Shown: piece by piece, positions 40,038 to 54,700 of the stretch | Numbering within the stretch: the first letter of the stretch is position 1 | Layout of the letters: each line of letters begins with the position of its first letter | From: Vermamoeba vermiformis | Lineage: Eukaryota | NCBI GenBank assembly: GCA_045837725.1 | Contig: JBEWZL010000202.1 | Location: forward strand, 496,001 to 560,000 | Direction of reading: 5' to 3' | Length of the DNA: 64,000 bases | The notes under the pieces: generated by a model | What the model was told of the DNA's origin: nothing | Seen by the model: only the letters and a program-made list of their open reading frames with translations | Database searches by the model: none | Position numbers and translations under genes: made by a program

Positions 40038-41202
40038 AAAGTGATCACAAAACAAAATGAGCCAACCAAGAATTATTTATGCGACTCAACACTTACCATA
40101 AATGGCTAATTCAATATCGCGCGACGATACTACGGAGCTGATTCATGAACCAAAGACTTGTAAACTGACTCGTGGTATTGTCGCGGAGCTTGATCATTGT
40201 CTCGGCGATTGATTCTCCGGCACAATCGAATAAACTGCGCAGTTATCCGTTGATCAATGCTCTTCTTCATCTCGCAGTACGTAAAGGCTTAAAATAGAGT
40301 GTCAAATCTTTATGATTTGGCGGAGATTGAAGCGAAGTCAAAGTTCAAGAAAATACTCTTGGGAAAATGACACGTGTCCTAAGAGCCAAAATTGAAACGC
40401 CTTAAATGGCAATTATATTGCGTTGTTATGGATAATCTTAGGGAGTCTCTTAGGGAGAATATTCAGAAACGAGCTATAATTGGAGATTGAGCACGAGGGT
40501 CTAAAGTAATTTCATGAAACGGCCTTAAAATAGCAATTTGTGTGGATTGTCGTACCTTACATATCTTTTGATATTCTTCCAAATAAGGTATCAATGGCTT
40601 GAAATTTGAATTACGTTTTGCATGCGAGTTGGTAACCGTTAAACGAGGTACCGTTTCTTGATCGAATATCGCCTGCCCTAGTCCAAGCAGCGGATTTACT
40701 ATGCTCAATCTACCGATTCAATGAAAGAACAAGATTTAGATAGCAAAAGTACTATTCTTAACTTAAAGAAGGCAATCTCGAACGGCTCCACCTAAACGCA
40801 TTAAATTATCAGCAAATCTCCTTCTATCATGCTAAAAAAATATAACTGCTCGAATAAACGCATTCGTTAATGTTTTTAAATAAGCTGCTGGTCCTCGAAT
40901 CTGATTGAAAACAAATAAGATTTTAAAAATTATGAGGCAAGGATTTGCGGTTAATTGCTTCATATTTTCATTACAAAATGAACGTTCATTTAATTATAAA
41001 ATTACTCAGAACGACTACGAGTAGTTTGTCTGACCTTACCTTAACCGAGATCGAGTCCTGTCTGTCTACTCGGGCTAACCCGATTAAGTAATGCATTTCT
41101 TTGGCATAAACGGAACTAGTTGCACTGTTAAATCCTTGCTTCTCATTTGCAAAGACATTATTAATACGTGTACAATTTAATCAACCCAGATTTTACATTA
41201 AA

Positions 41203-43002
41203 TTAATTATTGTTTGCGTTATTCTTCTTTGGCTGAGCGGCCATCGCGTTAAAGAAGTTGACCGGTGAGTTGAATACATTGCCCATGTCGTTAGGTGTAA
41301 TGTACACTGTCGCACCCTTCAACGCCTCAGCCTTGATGCGCAACATTTCGAGTTCAAGCAATTGAGGGTACTTGGTGTATAGTTCACCTTGCATCTCGGC
41401 TGCCTTGCGCTGTGCATCGGCGAGAATGAGCGAGGCTTCTGCTTCACGTTGAGCAGCATCGAGCTTGGCTTGGGCTTGTGAGATCAACGCTTGATTCTTC
41501 TGTTGCAAGGCGATGTTGTCAGTGTCCGCACGCAGCTTGGCTTCAGTGGTCTTGATGTCGTATTCCTTGACCAAGGTAGCTTGTTTGGTGGTGTACTCGG
41601 CAGAAGTGACGGATTGGCCGGCAAGTTTCTTGGCAATCTCTTCGTCCATGACCTTGATGGTCTCAATGTTCAATCGTGCGAGCTCAATGCCGTAGTCTTC
41701 CAAGTCATGAGCCAAGTTCTGCTTGACGTGATCTTGGATGGTTTGAAGTCCTTCTTGTGCGTTGTCCTTAACCTCATCCTTCGACTTGGGCTTGTTCTGA
41801 GTGAAGTACATGACCTCTTGCAAAGTGCTGAGTTGAATGGCTTTGCCCATGTCCGCGAAGGCGATGTTTTCGATGTGCGGCAAGATACCGTCTTTGCCCA
41901 ACTTGGTGATGGCAACGTCAGGTTGTTTGATCTTGAAAGCGACGACCAATTGCACACCAACACGCAACGAGTCACGCGTCTGCAAGATCTTGAGGTTTCG
42001 TTCGTCAGCAGTGACACGAGGGTTATCCTTCAAAGTCTGGTTCTTGGACTCTTCACTCGGGAACAAGCAAGTCTGCAAAGCAGTGCTGATGAAGCCGTCA
42101 AAGTTGTGTGTGGCTGAGTTGATGATGACGGGCTTGCTATCGACAGGAGGAGGAATGATGTGCAAGATACCGTTGTTGTAAGTGATTGCAACCTCTCCCG
42201 TGTGAGGAATGATGCGCTTGATGGAGCCGTGTTCGATGTACTGAGAAGTGGCGTTCTCGAACAGTTGATCGAGTTTGTTTGGAGCACTGTCGTGTGTAAG
42301 CAGCTTGAATTGCGAGTCAACAAACACGTAGGGATCACGTCTGGACTCCAATAGACGAGGCTCAGTGCCAACCCAAGCACGAGCGACCTTGCCAGCAGGT
42401 ACTCGAAGAATGTGGATGGTGGCGTGTTGAATGTAAGGCTCGATCTGGCTGACGAAACCAGTGTTTTCGTCGAACTTGAAGGTAGGATCAATAATGACGT
42501 GAGGACCTTCGCCGTAGAGCACAGGATGGTTCTTCGAGAAAGCCTTGGCATAATAGCCAGCAGGCACGTTCAAGACGTATTTGCCGTAGCAGCCGAAGAA
42601 TGGAGCGGTCTTGAGCACGGATCCCTTAGACTTGATGGTGATCAAAGGATCAGCAGTAAACTTGAGGGCAATACGACGACCATTGGGATCAGCCAATTCG
42701 GCGATCTGATTTCTGTGGCCCAAGAGGAACTTGCTAACGTCAACGCGGTGGAGGGCACGACCAGGAGCAGGATTGTATTCGAAGCAGCTGTCGTCCTTCT
42801 TGATACCAGCGTTGAAACTCTCCAAGATCGCCTTAGATTGCTCTTCGCTGCTAAGATCTTTCCATTCCGAGTCGATTATAACGTCATCCAAAGCAACTTC
42901 GGTTGACTTTTGCTTCTTGCGGGGGCTTAAAGAAGCACGGCTGCTGCTTTGCTCCATATTGCTCTTCTCTTCGCTGCTCGAGTCGTCTCTTCGTTCGGCC
43001 AT
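41203..43002 (-). CDS. Vacuolin-like SPFH/Band-7 (flotillin-like) protein, intronless CDS
   Basis: SPFH region ([18 protein letters not shown]...[14 protein letters not shown]) and C-terminal coiled coil. The N-terminal IIDSEW...FEYNP resembles Dictyostelium vacuolins (from memory). A 5'UTR intron lies upstream. Confidence 0.8.
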   Translation of the reverse strand: MAERRDDSSSEEKSNMEQSSSRASLSPRKKQKSTEVALDDVIIDSEWKDLSSEEQSKAILESFNAGIKKDDSCFEYNPAPGRALHRVDVSKFLLGHRNQIAELADPNGRRIALKFTADPLITIKSKGSVLKTAPFFGCYGKYVLNVPAGYYAKAFSKNHPVLYGEGPHVIIDPTFKFDENTGFVSQIEPYIQHATIHILRVPAGKVARAWVGTEPRLLESRRDPYVFVDSQFKLLTHDSAPNKLDQLFENATSQYIEHGSIKRIIPHTGEVAITYNNGILHIIPPPVDSKPVIINSATHNFDGFISTALQTCLFPSEESKNQTLKDNPRVTADERNLKILQTRDSLRVGVQLVVAFKIKQPDVAITKLGKDGILPHIENIAFADMGKAIQLSTLQEVMYFTQNKPKSKDEVKDNAQEGLQTIQDHVKQNLAHDLEDYGIELARLNIETIKVMDEEIAKKLAGQSVTSAEYTTKQATLVKEYDIKTTEAKLRADTDNIALQQKNQALISQAQAKLDAAQREAEASLILADAQRKAAEMQGELYTKYPQLLELEMLRIKAEALKGATVYITPNDMGNVFNSPVNFFNAMAAQPKKNNANNN

Positions 43003-43475
43003 TTCCAATCTGCAGATTAAAAGTGTTAATGGCTTGGTGTTAGTCAATTACTTGATCTTGCGTTAATTTCGCGTAAAGAAAATAAGACCTAATTTCTAAA
43101 ATAAATTGTTGATGAAATAAAGAGCTGGTAGCAAAATTGTAACCGGTAACGGTTCAATCTGGGATCTTTTTAGGTTTTGATCGATGTTTGGAGCACCTTA
43201 CCTGAAGTAACTCTATGCCCGTTGGTGGACTTGTGTTCTTTTGTTGAATAAAGCTTCAAAACGCGATTCAATGATTTTATCAAGATTTTTTGGCATCACG
43301 TGCGGTCTAAAATTGGATTCGGGTCTGAAGGGAGGCTGTTTTTTCTGTATTTTCGTTTTTTCGAATGGGTAGGTCAGCGGATTAGTGCTGGCTTAATGCA
43401 GAAATTACCCGATTGGTTTATGGTCGAAACTTTAGAATCTCATCGGAACTTTGAATCTGAGAAAACCAGAATTCT

Positions 43476-45897
<2,422 letters not shown>

Positions 45898-45988
45898 TAT
45901 CTATAATAGTATTAGTACCATAAACAATGGCGTTTGTATCGCGCACTCACGTGTTGTCGCTTATTCAGTTTTAAAACGAACAAAAGAG

Positions 45989-46411
45989 TAGGGTTGTGGC
46001 GAATATTCGGGTTATTCGAATTTATTCGAATAGTGACTTATTCGATATGATTAACATCGAATATTCGCGCCCTGGGAAAAACAAGTTATTAGGCTGGATG
46101 ACTGCCATAGCACGCAGCATGGGAAGACTGAAGTGAATTATGTCTTTAGCTGAAAGGGCTTCCTCCGCAGAAAGAGACACCTTTTTATTGATCTCCAAAA
46201 AAAAAATGCCAGATAAATCCTCAAAATACATCAAAGATATGAGAAAAAGGGAAGATAAAAGGAGAATTCTGTAGGGGATATTTTGTAATATTGTAACGAA
46301 AAATTAATGTCAGATTTCCAACAGGAACATTAAAACACAGCTTGTGTACGAATATTCGAATAATTTATTATTCGATTCGAATACCTTTCCCCGAATAAAC
46401 CTTCAACCCTA
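45989..46411. mobile_element. Non-autonomous hAT-type MITE (423 bp)
   Basis: Termini TAGGGTTG...CAACCCTA. Perfect 8-bp TSD CAAAAGAG (45981-45988, 46412-46419). Clustered subterminal ATTCG/CGAAT repeats at both ends. Confidence 0.88.
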
Positions 46412-46657
46412 CAAAAGAGGGAACGTCAAAATTTAGTTAAAAATAAAACGATAGCCCGCATTGATCCAACGAACAATGGAACAAAGCGTGCGTATTTTTG
46501 CGGCATATGCACGTAATATATTTAGTACATGATATACAACTTTACAATTCAGTTTTGTATCAAAGCTGCATTTCGCCCTTAGAGAGCTGAATTGAGCCTG
46601 GAGTGTAATAGAGTGATTATTTATATGCACAATAGGTACGAATGCTGAATTATCCAA

Positions 46658-48133
46658 TTACTTCTTATGCGCAGGCTCAGGAATGACCCTTTCACCGTCA
46701 GGTCGTGCTTTGTCCATGTATTCTACGAGCCACTTGCCCATTGTGTCCAGAACAGCCTAAGTGCGACTATTAGCACGAGTCTTTATCTATAATGAACGAG
46801 ACGTACTTGTTTCTCAATGTCAAATAGAATCTCGTGCATTGACTCCTTAAAGAAGACGATCTGTTTGTTTTCTTCACCGCACTTGTCGAAGAACTCTTGA
46901 GCTCTGGCGGGGTCAACGATGAGATCTTTTTGTCCTTGGCACAACAAAAATGGAGTCTAAAAGTAGACAAAGGTGAGCTTTAAATGCGCAAGGGTAGAGA
47001 CACGTACTCTGAATCGCTTGGCGTGCTCGAGGTTGTACATGGCTGTGGTCAAAATCTCGGCGCCAACACGTGCACGGACCTTGCCCTTCCAGACTAACGG
47101 GTCTTCAAGGTACTCCTTAACTATTCATAAATGTTATCATGGTCATTCTTGATCAAGTACTAGTGCTGTACGTACTCATCTCTTGGTCGGAGCACAATGT
47201 CTTTAAATCCAGCGGTTGAATTCCAACGCTCGGGAGCAGTGCTGAAAGAGGTCTACAAAGAGATATTAGCACGTGCGCACGAGCATCATTGCTTAATACT
47301 GGTTACTTACTTGCTGAGTTTGTACAAAAACGGGCTCACATCAGGAGGCAAGCCAATGGCAGGGCCGCTCATCACTGCGTAGTAATATATTTAGCACCAG
47401 AGCGGTGATATGCTGGGCTGACTTACCAACACCGCGGAAGAAGTTTGGTCGTTGATAGACGCAATTCATAATTAAGCAACCTCCCATCGAGTGACTAAAA
47501 TGGTGCATGTTAGTAGATAGCTTGAATTATCTTATTGTTCGTAATGGATGTACCCTAAAGCGAACAAAGGCAGTTCTGGGTGCTTTGCGGCATTCTCGTC
47601 AATAAATTGGAAAATATCGGCGACGAGGCCACTCAATCGCTCGAAATACTCTTTCTTCACACCTTTGCTACGACCGTGACCTGTTTGCGATCAGCAAGTT
47701 CGATCTCGAGTGTAAGCTCATACCTTCATGGTCCAAGGCATATACGGCAAATCCAAGCTCGGCAAAGTGACGGCTTACGTTGTGGTAACGATTGATATGC
47801 TCTCCAAGACCGTGAATGAAATATAAAACTGCCCTAAAAATAACGTAAAATAAGGTAAATATATTAGCTGCGAAATCGGCTAATATTTAGCATTAAAAAT
47901 AATTTACTTGTATTCTAATAACATTCAAAATATAACAAACACGAATCATAAATAATTTCAGTACCCGGTAAAATTGATCGCTCCAATAAAAAAACCGCTC
48001 GAATAACTTACTTGGGATTTTTAGGCACCCAACTCAACGTGTATATTTCTAACTTGCGATTGTTTGTAAAGACTGTTTCGGTAATAGTGATACCATCGAA
48101 TGATGGCAAGGTATATTCCTCTTTCTTCTCCAT
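46658..48133 (-). CDS. Alpha/beta hydrolase, monoacylglycerol lipase/lysophospholipase family (multi-exon)
   Basis: LYFIHGLGEHINRY, GHSMGG nucleophile motif, EYLEDPLVWKGKVRAR. Confidence 0.88.
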
Positions 48134-48326
48134 TATGATAGTTCTGTGTTGCTGAAGTTAAATACTAAATATGAAGTTCAGTTCAGAAACAACTCCGAAG
48201 CAGCCAAATTTGCCCTGAAATTTTCGCGTTTGTTTCGCGCCTCTTAAATTTATTTATGTTCGTTTAAGAGCACATATCTTAGAGCTCTTGCAAAATCGCG
48301 TTTATATTTATTGTTGTAGGCTGAGA

Positions 48327-49316
48327 ATGGAGCAATCTCGTGAAATAGCCTCGATCGCAAATTGTGTATTTTGCAATGCTCACTTTGTAGTTGTATTATC
48401 AGCTGTCTCAATCACTGAAGGTGAAGGTGTCAATATTCAGATGTTACAAGATAGGTAAGTAATTTTCTAGAATTTATTTTAATTTTGATCTAATTACGTG
48501 ACAGAGGGTCCTGTCCCTTCGTTCAACAGATCCTGAAAATGAAATTAAACCATTTTAATAATTCAATTATTCATAATATCATACAGACTTGAAGGTCTCT
48601 GCAAAAAGCTCGCCCAACAGCCGTTCGAGCTTATCCGCTGCCCCTCGTGCACTGAACTGATTACAGGCATGTCTTTCGCCGAATGGTTATATTCTGATAT
48701 TAGTCCTGGTACGTACAGTATAAGAAGGACTCCACCGTGACAATATTAACGCCCGGGCGCAGTTTTCACATTGTGCGTGTTCGAGCACTTTAACTCCCCT
48801 GCTACTTTGTACGTGAATACCTCGTCTAATGTGCTCAATCCACAATGGCAATTAATATTAGGCAATGGTAAGCATAAGCGTGATTTACGAATGTCAGTGG
48901 CAAGTAATAATATCGTTAATGAAAGGTCCGAGAGAGCTGGTCTTGAAAGATCCTCAAAGTGGATTATTGCATCCATATACATTTGCTAATTGGGGCGTAC
49001 CATTTAATCCACCAACGTAAGTATCGAATAATAAATTTATTCGTAATGGGAAGAATTTATTTTCCGTACGACCGCAATGTTCGTACAGCAATCATAAAAC
49101 TGATTACTCATTATTGACAGTTATAACCCGCAACATCGCTCGAAAAGAGATCACCTGTATATAATCGACACGGTGCATCAAGCTGTGCGCAATAACGCAA
49201 ATGCAACTCAGTTCGTAGCGCAGCTGCATCCACACCGCCCACTGTTTACCAACTGGGAGCACGTTGCTAGCCATGTCGAAGCAACGAGCATCGATTTGAG
49301 CTTCATGAAGCTTTAA
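48327..49316 (+). CDS. Hypothetical protein with CxxC...CPSC putative zinc ribbon (5 exons)
   Basis: Exons join in frame through GT-AG introns: MEQSRE...CVFC...RCPSC...FMKL*. Confidence 0.55.
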
Positions 49317-49837
49317 AGCTGGATGAGGAAATGGGACAGTGTGCGAATTCGGTCTACGGCGTGCAACGGTATTATCGGCGGTATGTTTGAGGTGCAAAAT
49401 CTCGATTTATTCTTATTATTCCCACGAGCGAATATTACTAATTTGGTAATAACCGAAGTACTGAATGAGCAAACAGTATCGATAGTTCATTCTCAGATAC
49501 ATCGATACTTAAAATATGATAAACGAGTACTCCTAAGAATTCTTTGGTGGACCTTATCGAATAATTTTATGCACAAACGGACAAATTTAACCCGGACAAC
49601 TAAATTCGTTCAAAATTTTGATTTGCTTCTACAATTTACCAACATTATTTATCAATAGGAATCACGTTAGCACCCATTCGTGATGGATGATTATTCTAGT
49701 TCGGGCACGAGCTCACTGGAGATTCAATCCCGTCACGATTTGTGTCAGATCTAAATATAGAAAAAATCATGTCAGAAACGCAACCACAATTTCAGTCGAG
49801 CGATAGAGTTGCCAAATAACACCACAAAGCCTACAAA

Positions 49838-51576
49838 ATGCAGTGGCAAGAAGTATTCAATTCAATGACGGTCGTTGGGCAAAGCGATCCAACTAACGCA
49901 ACCGCGCCGGTAGCAGCACCAGTAAATCCGAACTTACTCACGAGAGACGAACTAGACAACATCCAAATGATTACAAAATTCACCGCCATGGCCTCAATAG
50001 TCGGCTCACTCGTAATCATCATTACTTGGGCAGCGTTCAAACACTTCAGAAATCCAACGACTCGTCTCATATTCTTTCAAGCTATTGCGGAATTGATGGG
50101 CTCAATAGCCTTGTTTATTGGACGATGGGCAGCTGATAGTGGCAATGGAGGCTTTTGTTTGTTTCAAGCTGTCTTAATCCATCAATTCGTCCTTGCATCC
50201 ATATTTTGGAGCGGGATCATCGCCTTCAATCTCTTGATCGTAGTATTTGTCGGGAAAAAAGAAAGGCATATCAGCCATTACGAAAAGTACTATCACATTG
50301 TGGCCTGGGGCATCCCTTGCGCTGGTTGGATCATTTCTCTTGCGATCGGTGCTCACAGCGATTTCCCTGTTTTTGGTGATACTACTCTATGGTGCTGGTA
50401 AGTACTTGCGTTTTTAATTGATCTTTCATATTGCAATCGTTGTTGTTTCATTTTCATGAAATTGACTGACAGGCACTGGACGCGATTGAATTGCGTCCTC
50501 TATTGTTTACCAAGTATTATCCGTATATATGTTACCTATAATCAATAATACCGTATCAGCGGAATTATTAGCATAATGCGCATATGTGTCACACCGTACT
50601 TTATTGTGTCCTCTAAATCGTCAATCTCTTTAAATCAAAATAAGACCTGAAATCATAGCTCATATATATAACTATATTTTAAGACGATTATTTTACTTAA
50701 ACTGCTCAAATTGAAAGCAAAGTACGGGTGCGGGACATTTTGTCCGCTCACATGGTCATGTCGTCGGCCGTTTTATGCCGCTATTCAAACAGTTTTGATA
50801 TCACTTAATATAATACCGCTAGTCCACATATCATATTTCTCGATTTCAATTTACTGATTCTGTTTGAATTGCAGGATCACCGCGAAATGGAACTCGTTGC
50901 AGATCGCGCTGTTTTATGTCTTTCCGCTCTGGATCACTTTCATCTTCGAAGTTGTGGTCTACATATTGGTAGGCATCAAGCTCTCGCGCACCTTCAAGCG
51001 CACCGAAGAGTTCAAGGGAAAGGCGGACAAAAGCTGGGCTACGAAGAGAAAACGCCGCTATATCTTAACTGTCAGGTATGTAGTGATTACACTCAACGTG
51101 CTCAAGGTTGCATTGGCCTCATACTAGTATTGACGGCACGCATCTCGATCGAGACCATTCGAAAACACACAACGTCTCAATTCTGGAATTTCAAGTTCTG
51201 CGGATCGCTAATTTCTATTTTTAGTTTGTACTCGCTCGCATTTTTTGTCACATGGTTGCCCGGTTCAATCAATCGTATCCATTTGTGGCAAGCTCCCAAT
51301 CAGATCTACTTGATGTTCGTCTTCCACGCGATTTTTACGCCTTTGCAAGGTATTAATTCTACACTGATAATTTATATTGTTTGATTTGTAATCACCACAT
51401 TGAAGCGCGTCAATATTCAATTTCAAAAGCTGGTTTTAATAGTCAATTTAGGGTTTTTAAATTTCTTGGTCTATTTTTGGATGACACTAGTCCATTATTG
51501 GCGTTACGGAGTTTCTGCCAAGAGCTCGACCACTGGATCCGCCAAGCGAAGTGAACAAACTGCTTCAATTTTGTAA
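49838..51576 (+). CDS. cAMP-receptor-like (CAR/CRL) G-protein-coupled receptor
   Basis: Seven hydrophobic segments: SIVGSLVII, RLIFFQAIAEL, CLFQAVLIHQF..ASIFW, EKYYHIVAWGIP, WCWI, AFFVTWLPGSINR, PLQGFLNFLVY. Confidence 0.88.
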
Positions 51577-51772
51577 ATAATACCGGTTTGTCAATTTTGC
51601 AACCACCCCCTTGTAATATTAGAGCCTTTATAACGGCAATTTATATCGTCAAATGTATTAAAATCATATTTATAAAATTATGTGTTAGTCTCCCTGACAT
51701 TTCACGGTCGCGCCTGATCTGGTGCCGAACATCTTTTTATATTTATTTATAACACCACACCTCCATGACCAA

Positions 51773-54700
51773 ATGTATTCTTGGGGCTTGAGTAAATTAT
51801 TAAAAGGTGCGACGAGGTATTCTTCAAGCTCCATCTCGCCCCCAACGAGACTGTTGAAAGGATGTCCCAAAATATCTCTAAATAATTCGCAAAAAATACG
51901 AGGTAATTATTCTTATATATTTAGGCATATTGTACGAGTGTTTTGGCACCACTAATTAAATTAAATAATTTGCTGATCTTCGATCCACATAACGATTCTA
52001 TTCTGATTAAACACAGGAATATCATGCACACGATTTTTGCGCGATGTTAATCAGGGGAATAATGACGATCTGGAGGCAGATCAGGTACGACAGATCTTTG
52101 AAACGGTTATTTTTCTGACACGTTCAGAATCGAATGAAAGTTGCCAAACTAGACATGAAGAGTTTCAAGCATGACAAAATTAGAAATTTCTGTATTATAG
52201 CACATATTGGTACGTACAAAGCGATATTGGATCTGACGCTCCTGACCAAATCCACACCACAGATCATGGAAAAACAACGTTGAGCAATCGATTACTGGAG
52301 TTTACAAGTAAGTGCCTGTTAATTACAAATATATGCACGGTGGAATCGAACCTTAAAGCAAGAGAAATTGTTGAGAACTGCGTGTCATTTGTGGGTCTGA
52401 GCTCCCAAAACCAAAATTTTGTCATCAGTTAGTCTCACTCAAAACTTTGCTGTGGTCGAGAAGTGTTTTGGAGATGTGGTCCTACAATTCATCATTACAT
52501 TATTGCTTCATTAGCGTTTGTGAGGCGTATGGTAATGTGGTGGTGAAGGGTGGCTTGGCGTGCTCTAATTCGTTATCCTAGCAATAGGACCATAGAGTGC
52601 GTCAAGTTAATCCCCGAATAAACGCGGGTGCACACGGTTCCTCGATTATATTGTTGGATCCGCGAGGATCCGATAGTACAATTCTCTGAATTCAAAGTAT
52701 TTTCACTCGAGACAATAGCTTGTGAATTTCTAGCTTGAAGGAGCAATCTGGATAGTTGGTTATTTCCGCCCCGTAGAGGTCGCATCTTCTTTTTTTGTCC
52801 CTGCTCCGATCCACGCCATTTTTATTAATCAACATTCAGCTTTATGGTGCTTGGTACGCAAATATATTGGCCGTTCCAGGCTTTTCAACCAAGTGACTTT
52901 TCAATTTCTTTTTGTCGAATGTCGTACTAGTACGACAACATTAGAAGCTCGACTGCTTTAAATACTTGGTCTTCGGAACTTGGGGTTTCGGTACTTGATG
53001 TTTTGGATCGCATAGTGATAATCTTAGCGAGTTAAACTGCTATGCTTTGTTAGATTCCTAAATAATCTTTTCACCGAGATTAATCCAAATATTCCTTTTA
53101 AGGCAAACGCGATTTATTTATGGTCTATTCCCTTGATTTCAGACTACACCGATTTCACAAAACCCTTACATCAGTCGGCTAATAAATTCTACTCAGAAAC
53201 AATTGATACCCGAGAAAGCAACGCGTTTTACATGGACAAGCTGCGCGTGGAAAAAGAACGCGGCATTACTGTCAAGGCACAAACAGCTAGTATGTTCTTC
53301 AAGTACAAAGGCGAGACGTATCTCCTGAACCTGATCGACACTCCGGTACGCTTTTTCTAAATAAGGAAACTTAAAATTTGAATTCAGCTTTAAAGGTGAT
53401 GCGTTATATACCTACCATTATTCCATTTAGGGCCACGTTGACTTTAACTATGAAGTATCGCGGTCTATGACGGCGTGCGAAGGAGCGGTCCTTGTCGTGG
53501 ATGTAAGAGATCATAAATCTATACTTGATTAGCGACTAAGCTTCCATGTTATTAAGGCAATTAAAGGAGTTCAAGCACAAACACAAGCCAATTGGTGGCT
53601 AGCTTTCGAAACAAATCTTCAAGTTATGCCGGTCATTAACAAGGTCGATCTGCCCACTGCACAACCCGAAGTGATTAAACAACAGTTAAAAGACACATTC
53701 GATTACCCTAAAGAAGATATTACTTTGGTTCGTTAATCGTTACTCGATCACTACGAGTTACTAACCAAATTGTACCAGATCTCTGCTAAAACAGGTCTCG
53801 GGATCAAAAACCTCCTGCCTGCGATTGTAAATAAGATTCCACCGTAAGTCAAAGTCTTAATTGCATTTCATTAGCTAACTTCCACAGGCCACGAGGAGAT
53901 GTAGATAAGCCATTCAAAGCTCTGCTGTTCGACAGTTGGTTTCAAGATGTACATAACGGCGTGATCTGCTTGATCAAAATTGTCGATGGCAGCGTCAAGA
54001 AGGGTACGTACACTATGATATGGATATGCGTGTATTAATAGACGCGCAGGTGACAAAATTATGAGTGCGTACACGAAAGAACAATACGAAGTGCTTGACA
54101 TTGGCTTGATCGGGATATCCCGAACAGACGCCGACTGGAGCATTGTAAGCCCTTGTATTATTGACCTATTCGGCACTGACACGCGTTCAGATATTCAGGA
54201 CAAGTCGGCTACGTTCGTCCAGGCATGCGCACATCACGTGAAGCACGAGTCGGAGACACTTTTTATCACGTAGATAAGCCCGTTGAGGCACTGCCTGGCT
54301 TCAAACCCGCCAAGCCCATGGTACGAATAGATGCGACACAAATATGGTTCTTATCGTTTTGCGTTTAGGTCTTTGCAGGTCTCTACCCCGCTGACCAGAG
54401 CGAATTCGATGCCCTGCGCGATGCACTTGAAAAGTTGACACTGAACGACGCCAGTGTAACCATGGTCAAAGAGTCCAGGTAATTTACTCGCCTTTAGTTC
54501 TATTATTACCACTGCTAACTGAGTGCTAGTGATGCCCTCGGCATTGGTTTCCGTTGTGGTTTCTTGGGTCTGTTGCACATGGACGTGTTCATGACGCGCT
54601 TGAAACAAGTACGTGATAGGTACAACTATATTCAATTGCTCACTATGGCTCGTGTAGGACTTTGGCGCCACAGTTATTGCAACGAGTCCAACAGTGCCTT

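Noticed and set aside
40463-40708. 81-aa minus-strand ORF
   Set aside because: No ATG start, no recognisable motif, and I could not link it to other exons in frame.
41484-43066. Long antisense and alternative-frame ORFs over the vacuolin gene (also over FTHFS and the LRR-BTB tail)
   Set aside because: Expected shadows of codon bias; no recognisable products.
53159-53170. AAAACCCTTAC as a telomerase template
   Set aside because: Lies outside the closing helix and is not 1.5 copies of CCCTAA or CCCTAAA.
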